A DNA stretch of 12,005 nucleotides from Promethearchaeati archaeon (GTDB lineage: Archaea; Asgardarchaeota; Heimdallarchaeia; JABLTI01), in the NCBI GenBank assembly GCA_013166835.1, contig JABLTI010000082.1, positions 1 to 12,005 of the forward strand. Reading direction: 5' to 3'. A model generated the notes under the pieces. That model saw only the letters and a list, made by a program, of their open reading frames with translations. It was not told where the DNA came from and made no database searches. Position 1 is the first letter of the stretch, and every line of letters begins with the position of its first letter. Of this stretch, positions 1 to 5,752 are shown one piece after another. A program made the position numbers and the translations under genes.

Positions 1-18
1 TTTCTTCCTTTTCTTAAA

Positions 19-24
19 AGGTGA
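19..24 (+). promoter_or_regulatory. Shine-Dalgarno-like site AGGTGA
   Basis: AGGTGA lies 6 nt upstream of ATG 31. The same hexamer precedes the minus-strand start at 4556. Confidence 0.7.
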
Positions 25-30
25 ATTACT

Positions 31-2490
31 ATGCGAATAACGGATAGAGAGAAGAATAGTAAAATCATTCAAGAGAAAATAGTTTCGATGAGTGAGTACC
101 TAAAGGAACATAAATACCCAATTGTTAAGATTAAAGCTGAAGAATTAATTACTTATTTTGAGGGGGATGCTCCTTCAGGGGATACAACAACTCTTGAACA
201 GGTTCTACAATCGAAATGGTTACTGGTACACGAACTCGTTGAAATAAGCGAATTGAAAAAACAAGGTTATACTATTGCTTTCGATTTATTAGTTTCCAAA
301 CCTACTGTGGTTTTCCAAGCTCATTTAATTGCTACAGATTGGGAATTCCAACTTGCAAGAAAAGAAGCAGATAATGAGTGGATAAGGAAACGATTAAATG
401 ATGTTAAGAATTGGTTGGATGATCCAAATTTACAATCCTCTTTATCCTCTAAATGTCGCGAGTTATTACAGAAATATAGTATGAAGACTTCAAACTTTGC
501 TAAATCCAAAAGATTACCTCTTAAAACTGTCAAGATTAATGATGAGTTCTGGAACAAACGCCTAACAATTACTAATTCATCAGCAATATCTTATCAATGG
601 AGCCAGTTAGAACAAACTCATAATCTTGATAATTTTAGAATTTTAGCTGGAAAGAAACAAGGTTATCGTATTGGATTCTTTTATTGTGATTCGGATCTTC
701 ATAAATGGGCAGATGCAGCAGCTAGAATTTTAACAATCTCTGATAATAAGAAACTTTCAAAACTCATTCGGGAATACATTGATTTAATTGCTCTTGTACA
801 ACAACCTGATGGTTATTTGTATACTTACAATCAATTTCATTTTCCGGATAATCGATGGGTCAACCTACAAATTGAACATGAATTATATTGTCTTGGTCAT
901 ATGATTGAAGCTGCAGTCAGCTATATGGAAACTAATGAACCCGAGAAATATAAGAAGAAATTTCTCAAGATTGCCAAACTTTCCGCTGATTTATTGGTTG
1001 CAGATTTTCAAAATACTTCACCAAAGTACACACCTGGACATCAAGAAATTGAGATTGCCTTAATCCGATTGTATCGCTACACAAAAGAGAAGAAATATCT
1101 GGATTTAGCAGCTCATTTTCTGAAACAAAGAGGAAAAATCAAATTTTTTAGTTTGAGGTTGATTAGTCAAGCAATAAGTGAAAGGAAAAGAACAAGAGAA
1201 ATCAAGAAAAACATGGAACAAAAACAGATAGTCAATAAAGTAAACATGAGTTTTTTCGGAGGAGAAGAATCACATCAAAAAGAAGCCCCTTTTCTCCCTC
1301 TGCGGAGTACGTTTCAATATCTTACTGGCAGATATCTCCAACAAAATCGCTCTATCTATAGAATGAAGCGTCCTTTTGGTCATTCAGTGAGGTGGGGTTA
1401 TTTAGTTACTGCAATGGCTATGCTTTACCAAGAAACAGGTGATGAAAAGATACTCAAAGCACTCAAGAGAACATGGAATCATCTAGTTCAGAAACAAATG
1501 TTTGTTACAGGAGGTATAGGTTCTCTTGGCTTTGTCGAAGGATTTGGTCGAGATTACGAATTAAATAATGATTCTTGTTATTGTGAAACTTGTGCTGCAA
1601 TTGCTTCTATACTTCTAAATTGGGAATTAGCTCTGATAACAAATGAAGCTAAATACTCCGATTTACTCGAGTGGCAGATTTATAATGCCTTATCTGTTGG
1701 AATTGGATTAGATGGCAAATCCTATTTTTATAGGAATTTGTTGGAATCAGATGGACAAATCAGAAGGAAAAACTGGTTTGCAACTCCTTGTTGTCCAAGT
1801 AATATTTCTCGAATCTGGGCTTCAATAGGTGAATACATCTATTCATATAATGAAAATGAAATCTGGATTCATCAATACATTGGTAGTACTACAACATTTC
1901 AATTAACGAAAAGTAATTCACACGTTGATATACAAATGGATTCGGAATTACCGTGGAGAGGAAAAGTAAAGTTAGAAATTAATACTAAAAAACCATTTGA
2001 GTTCACATTGAATATTAGAATCCCAAGCTGGGCAAATGGATTAAAGATAACAATTAATGGTGAATCTGAAGTATTCACTTATGATAAAGCATCGAAAGAA
2101 CTTTCTGGCAGTGGATTAATGCCAAATAAGTCTCATTTTCACACCATTACTCAACTTTGGGAGAAAAATACCGTTATCGAACTTGAACTATCAATGGATG
2201 TAAGAATTCATATAACACATCCAAAAGTAAAAGCTAATAGAAAGAGAGTAGCTCTCTCAAGAGGTCCTATCGTCTATTGTTTTGAATCCATTGATAATTC
2301 CTCTCTATCAATCTCAAATGCTACAATCGATTTAGGAAAAGAGATTATTTGGGAATATGATGAAGCTTTGTTGGAAGGAATAATGAAACTCTTTGGAAAA
2401 GATAAAACTGGAAGGATATTAACTGCCATTCCTTATTATTCCTGGGGAAATAGAGAATCATCTGCAATGCAAGTATGGATTAAAAAGTAA
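31..2490 (+). CDS. Glycoside hydrolase family 127 (beta-L-arabinofuranosidase-like) with an additional ~150-aa N-terminal domain
   Basis: GH127 motifs DSDLHKW, HELYCLGHMIEAAV, GHQEIEIAL, GHSVR, VTGGIGS..EGF, YCETCAA, YN, CCPSN, PW.G, LNIRIPSW, RGPIVYC and C-terminal AIPYYSWGNR....MQVW. E503/E519/C521/C587/C588 match the HypBA1 catalytic/Zn set E322/E338/C340/C417/C418. AGGTGA SD at 19-24. No signal peptide seen. Confidence 0.93.
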   Translation: MRITDREKNSKIIQEKIVSMSEYLKEHKYPIVKIKAEELITYFEGDAPSGDTTTLEQVLQSKWLLVHELVEISELKKQGYTIAFDLLVSKPTVVFQAHLIATDWEFQLARKEADNEWIRKRLNDVKNWLDDPNLQSSLSSKCRELLQKYSMKTSNFAKSKRLPLKTVKINDEFWNKRLTITNSSAISYQWSQLEQTHNLDNFRILAGKKQGYRIGFFYCDSDLHKWADAAARILTISDNKKLSKLIREYIDLIALVQQPDGYLYTYNQFHFPDNRWVNLQIEHELYCLGHMIEAAVSYMETNEPEKYKKKFLKIAKLSADLLVADFQNTSPKYTPGHQEIEIALIRLYRYTKEKKYLDLAAHFLKQRGKIKFFSLRLISQAISERKRTREIKKNMEQKQIVNKVNMSFFGGEESHQKEAPFLPLRSTFQYLTGRYLQQNRSIYRMKRPFGHSVRWGYLVTAMAMLYQETGDEKILKALKRTWNHLVQKQMFVTGGIGSLGFVEGFGRDYELNNDSCYCETCAAIASILLNWELALITNEAKYSDLLEWQIYNALSVGIGLDGKSYFYRNLLESDGQIRRKNWFATPCCPSNISRIWASIGEYIYSYNENEIWIHQYIGSTTTFQLTKSNSHVDIQMDSELPWRGKVKLEINTKKPFEFTLNIRIPSWANGLKITINGESEVFTYDKASKELSGSGLMPNKSHFHTITQLWEKNTVIELELSMDVRIHITHPKVKANRKRVALSRGPIVYCFESIDNSSLSISNATIDLGKEIIWEYDEALLEGIMKLFGKDKTGRILTAIPYYSWGNRESSAMQVWIKK

Positions 2491-2584
2491 TTTATTGGCA
2501 TTCTCTGACATACTTTGATAATAAACCTAAGAAATTTAAGAATTATTTAATGAACAAGAAATGAAAGAAAAGCTAGTTTAGCAT

Positions 2585-2597
2585 AAAAAAATATAAA
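2585..2597 (+). promoter_or_regulatory. Putative archaeal BRE/TATA promoter for the SagB-like gene (probably leaderless)
   Basis: A-rich run followed by TATAAA (2592-2597), ending 23 nt before ATG 2621. No SD between them. Confidence 0.5.
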
Positions 2598-2620
2598 GCT
2601 TCTATCATTTGTTCATTATT

Positions 2621-3685
2621 ATGAAAGATAGAAGAGATTTTTTGCGATTTTTTGATAGCGAAGATTATGAAAAAGAGGTGCCTGAATCTGATGAACAAAA
2701 AAAGATACCTCCACCTTCCTTTGAACGCGATTATCCTAAAGATGCTCCTCTTATAGATCTTGTATCTCCTAAAGAATTTAAGATAGGGAAAACTCCTTTC
2801 TTAAATATAGTTAATAGTAGGAAAAGCAGAAGAAGATACACTGACGAACCTCTTACTCTGGAAGAACTTTCATTCTTATTATGGTCAACCCAAGGTGTGA
2901 AAAAAATTTCAAAATCCGGACGTGGAGTTTTTCGGACTGTTCCTTCATCTGGTGCGAAAAGCCCTTTTGAGACATATCTTGTAATTAATCGAGTTAAAGG
3001 ACTCGATCCAGGTCTATACCGATACATTTCATTTAATCACAAAATGATGTTCATTAAAACTATAGACGATGCAGAAAAAACAATTGGTGAGTTATCGTAT
3101 AATCAGAAATTTATTGGAAAAGCTCCAGTTATATTTTATTGGACTGCTGTTCCTTATCGAACTGAATGGCGTTATACAATACTTTCACATAAGTTTATTG
3201 CCATTGATTTAGGTTTGATTTGTCAAAATCTTTACATGGCTTGTGAAGCGATTAAGCTAGGAACAGTAGCAATTGGTTATTATGAACAAGACAAAATTGA
3301 CAAGCTTTTTGAATTAGATACCAATGATGAATTCGTTGTTTTACTTGCACCAGTTGGTAGATATCCAGAAGAAAAGAAAGTAACTGATTTTTTTAAGAAT
3401 CCAAAAGCTAAAGTTAAACCAGATGCACTCTCAAAACTAGTAGGTATATATGTAAAAGATGATGGAAATAAAATTGAATTTATCTTGAAGGAAAATCTAT
3501 TAGTAGCAAAATTGGGCTCATATGAGGAAATAGTTGATCCTTATAATGAAACAGAATTCGAAGGAGAGTATCTAAAAGCTTTCAGATTTATTCTAAATAA
3601 AGAAGGAAAACCAGAAAAACTTGTTCTTCTTACACGTCATGATGATACTGTCGAATTAATTTATCAGAAACCAGAATCATCGTAA
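2621..3685 (+). CDS. SagB/ThcOx-family dehydrogenase (nitroreductase fold, FMN-binding) with a ~105-aa C-terminal extension
   Basis: Motifs SRKSRRRY, LTLEELSFLLWSTQG, FRTVPSSGAKSPFETYL, GLDPGLYRY, WRY, DLGLICQNLYMACEAIKLGTVAIG and PVG. ATG 2621 is preferred over TTG 2609. Confidence 0.9.
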   Translation: MKDRRDFLRFFDSEDYEKEVPESDEQKKIPPPSFERDYPKDAPLIDLVSPKEFKIGKTPFLNIVNSRKSRRRYTDEPLTLEELSFLLWSTQGVKKISKSGRGVFRTVPSSGAKSPFETYLVINRVKGLDPGLYRYISFNHKMMFIKTIDDAEKTIGELSYNQKFIGKAPVIFYWTAVPYRTEWRYTILSHKFIAIDLGLICQNLYMACEAIKLGTVAIGYYEQDKIDKLFELDTNDEFVVLLAPVGRYPEEKKVTDFFKNPKAKVKPDALSKLVGIYVKDDGNKIEFILKENLLVAKLGSYEEIVDPYNETEFEGEYLKAFRFILNKEGKPEKLVLLTRHDDTVELIYQKPESS

Positions 3686-3694
3686 AACGATAAT

Positions 3695-3718
3695 GAAATA
3701 CAGCAAAAGCTGTATTTC
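3695..3718. terminator. Perfect 10-bp hairpin between convergent genes (possible bidirectional terminator)
   Basis: GAAATACAGC-AAAA-GCTGTATTTC followed by a T6 tract (3722-3727). It lies between stop 3685 (+) and stop 3737 (-). Confidence 0.6.
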
Positions 3719-3736
3719 TAATTTTTTAATGAATTT

Positions 3737-4556
3737 TCATTGACGCTTCTTCTTTGCTGTAAACACAATTATGACTGTTGTTAAAATTAGTACAATTGGA
3801 ATTCCAATACTTAATCCAAGAATTAATCCTAGATTATTATTTCCTCCGTTTGTTGGTGGCCCATCATTGCATTATTGGTTTTATTGTAAGCAAATTGATA
3901 ATGGTGTTCAATATCTACTTCCATCATGAACAATTGATCGCCATCAGTAACATTTTGCCTAATTAGTCCATACAAATAATACTCTAAGTAAAATTCAGTT
4001 GTTGTATTTGTGTATGTAACATTTGTAAATGCCAAAGCTGTTTCTGGTGAAGTTAAATAGGATTGATTGTTTGCTTCGATGACTAAATCAACCATATTTG
4101 CCCATGTAAAGGTGGTATTATTAATGAATGGAATAAACTCGTATCCTGGGGCAACTGCTAAAGTTGATGTATCCCAATCTGATGTATTATAGTAAGTATT
4201 TAGGAATGTTTGGGGAAAGATCAAGTAGATATAATGACAATTAAATCTCCGAAAAAATTATTGGAACTAATTTCTGATTAACCACCTGCAGAGAGATTAT
4301 ATTGAACACTAAATAATGGAAAACCTGTAATGTTGAAATTCACAGTAGTTCCTTGATCAAAGTGGTGACCATCAATTTCAAATCCTTGCGCAATAGCAGT
4401 TGTATTACCTATGGTAAAATCAAACTCACATTTTATTATCTCAAAATCAAATGCATCATTGATAGCCCAATCATAAGCATCAATTGTTGTTGTTCCAGAT
4501 GTTAAAAATAGACTGGCTATTATTAAACTGACAGCTAAGGATTACCTTTTCTTCAA
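3737..4556 (-). pseudogene. Disrupted gene for a secreted, C-terminally membrane-anchored surface glycoprotein
   Basis: SD AGGTGA (4568-4563), then TTG 4556: MKKR*SLAVSLIIASLFLTSGTTTIDAYDWAINDAFDFEIIKCEFDFTIGNTTAIAQGFEIDGHHFDQGTTVNFNITGFPLFSVQYNLSAGG*SEISSNNFFGDLIVI. A -1 shift near 4230 enters the track ORF 4224-3829. A second -1 shift near 3860 enters PPTNGGNNNLGLILGLSIGIPIVLILTTVIIVFTAKKKRQ* (TGA 3739-3737). Has a signal peptide, about 10 N-X-S/T sequons, and a TM helix plus basic tail. Confidence 0.85.
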
Positions 4557-4661
4557 AATCTTTCACCTAAATTATTGTTTTCAAGGTAATTACTAGATTA
4601 AAATCTATTTTTTGGTGAAAATGAAGAAATCTTAATTATCAATTTTCAAAATCTTGCATAC

Positions 4662-4674
4662 AAAACTTTTATAC
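4662..4674 (+). promoter_or_regulatory. Putative BRE/TATA element upstream of the first flavodoxin gene
   Basis: AAAACTTTTATAC, with TTTATA at 4668-4673, in the divergent intergenic region. The AT-rich background lowers specificity. Confidence 0.35.
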
Positions 4675-4738
4675 ATAACATAAAACACAATGCATTATTT
4701 ATTAATTGCTAAAAAGTAGAAAAATAGAAGGTAAAGAA

Positions 4739-5302
4739 ATGAAGAAAATACTAATAGTTTTTGGTTCTCGTTTTGGGAATTCGAAAGAAATTGCAAATTT
4801 TATCTCAAAGATCTTTGAAAAAGTAGCAACAACTGTAGAACTAGTAGATCTAAAAGAAACTAAACGCAAGAATCGGCCTTCAGTAGATGGATATGATGGA
4901 ATCTTAGTTGGTTCTGGAATTAAAATCATGAAGTGGACAAAAGAACCACTTGCTTTTCTAAAGAAAAACAAAAACATGCTAAGCAATAAAACTCTTGGTT
5001 TATTTGTAACTTCAATGATTAAATTGACGGATTATGAACAAGCAAAAAAGGATTATTGTGAAAAAATTGCAAGTGATATAGGAGTTCAACCAAAAATCTA
5101 TGATGTATTTGGTCCTGTGATGGATTTTTCAGAGACTTCTAATTTAGGGTCACTTAATAAAGGAATACTTAAACTTGCTGCAATGGGGATATCAAAAGAT
5201 TTTGGCATTGAAATTGATTTAAATGGATTAAATGATTTTCGAGACTGGGATCAGATCAAAGATTTCGCAAATACTTTTGTAGAACTCGTTAAAAAAGAGT
5301 AA
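4739..5302 (+). CDS. Flavodoxin-fold protein (Flavodoxin_5 / HemG-like family)
   Basis: N-terminal MKKILIVFGSRFGNSKEIA FMN-phosphate loop, YDGILVGSGI, GLFVTS and the C-terminal DFRDWDQIKDFA signature. ATG 4739 is preferred over TTG 4706. Confidence 0.88.
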   Translation: MKKILIVFGSRFGNSKEIANFISKIFEKVATTVELVDLKETKRKNRPSVDGYDGILVGSGIKIMKWTKEPLAFLKKNKNMLSNKTLGLFVTSMIKLTDYEQAKKDYCEKIASDIGVQPKIYDVFGPVMDFSETSNLGSLNKGILKLAAMGISKDFGIEIDLNGLNDFRDWDQIKDFANTFVELVKKE

Positions 5303-5310
5303 TTCTTACT

Positions 5311-5333
5311 CTTTCATTTTTTTCTTATTTTTT
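5311..5333 (+). terminator. Oligo-T tract (archaeal-type terminator)
   Basis: T7 and T6 runs start ~15 nt after stop 5302. Confidence 0.45.
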
Positions 5334-5387
5334 GAATAATAGTTTAAAACAATAAACAATCACTGTTTTTTAACTTTTGATAAAATC

Positions 5388-5573
5388 ATGCATTATTTAT
5401 AGCCAATTCTAATCAGTATTGTATTTTATGTTGTGTAAGGTACACTTTAGTATTCCAAGATCCTGTTTGGAAAACAATGGAAATCCTGGCTTATTGACGA
5501 TGGATATCATGCATCAGCATCATTAATTATTGCAATTGTTAATGCTGTCTGGCACAAAGGAACTTTCGTTTAA
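5388..5573 (+). pseudogene. Remnant of a DUF1761-like small membrane protein (nonsense codons plus internal deletion)
   Basis: Single frame from ATG 5388: MHYL*PILISIVFYVV*GTL*YSKILFGKQWKSWLIDDGYHASASLIIAIVNAVWHKGTFV*. It matches the DUF1761 N-terminal motif (LGxLWYSxxLFGKxW) and C-terminal motif (WLIxxGYH) as I recall them. The stops sit where W (TGG>TAG) or L (TTA>TAA) is expected. Confidence 0.75.
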
Positions 5574-5723
5574 TGTTTTCATGGAATTTGTTTCTATGGA
5601 ATAAAAACTATGGCATACAAATATCTTTTATTTATATATTGAATTGTATTTCATAATAATGTGCTTTTTTTCCTCATTAATTTCTTACATTCTATATCAA
5701 AACGATTAACATAATTGAATTCT

Positions 5724-5732
5724 TTTTATAAA
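5724..5732 (+). promoter_or_regulatory. Putative TATA box of the ABC exporter operon
   Basis: TTTATAAA at 5725-5732, ~20 nt before TTG 5753. GGTG at 5743-5746 is a possible SD. Confidence 0.4.
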
Positions 5733-5752
5733 TATTTAAGATGGTGTTGTAA

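Noticed and set aside
321-557. Minus-strand 78-aa ORF
   Set aside because: Antisense shadow inside the 819-aa CDS, with no recognisable motifs.
2731-3027. Minus-strand 98-aa ORF
   Set aside because: Antisense to the conserved SagB-like core.
3778-3966. Plus-strand 62-aa hydrophobic ORF
   Set aside because: Antisense to the 3' part of the reconstructed surface-protein pseudogene, whose TM anchor and basic tail explain the region better.
3829-4224. 131-aa ORF as a stand-alone gene
   Set aside because: It has no SD or signal peptide and is the middle fragment of the 3737-4556 pseudogene.
4702-4986. Minus-strand 94-aa ORF
   Set aside because: Antisense shadow of the flavodoxin gene.
4739-5302. 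Assigning the symbol hemG
   Set aside because: Family-level similarity only. No heme-biosynthesis genes are nearby, and this family has many paralogs of unknown function.
3737-5573. Stop-codon reassignment or programmed readthrough/frameshifting as the explanation for in-frame TAA/TAG
   Set aside because: TAA, TAG and TGA all end intact genes here (2490, 7621, 10253), and no intact gene has internal stops. The lesions are of mixed type, and I see no canonical slippery heptamer plus hairpin at the shift sites.
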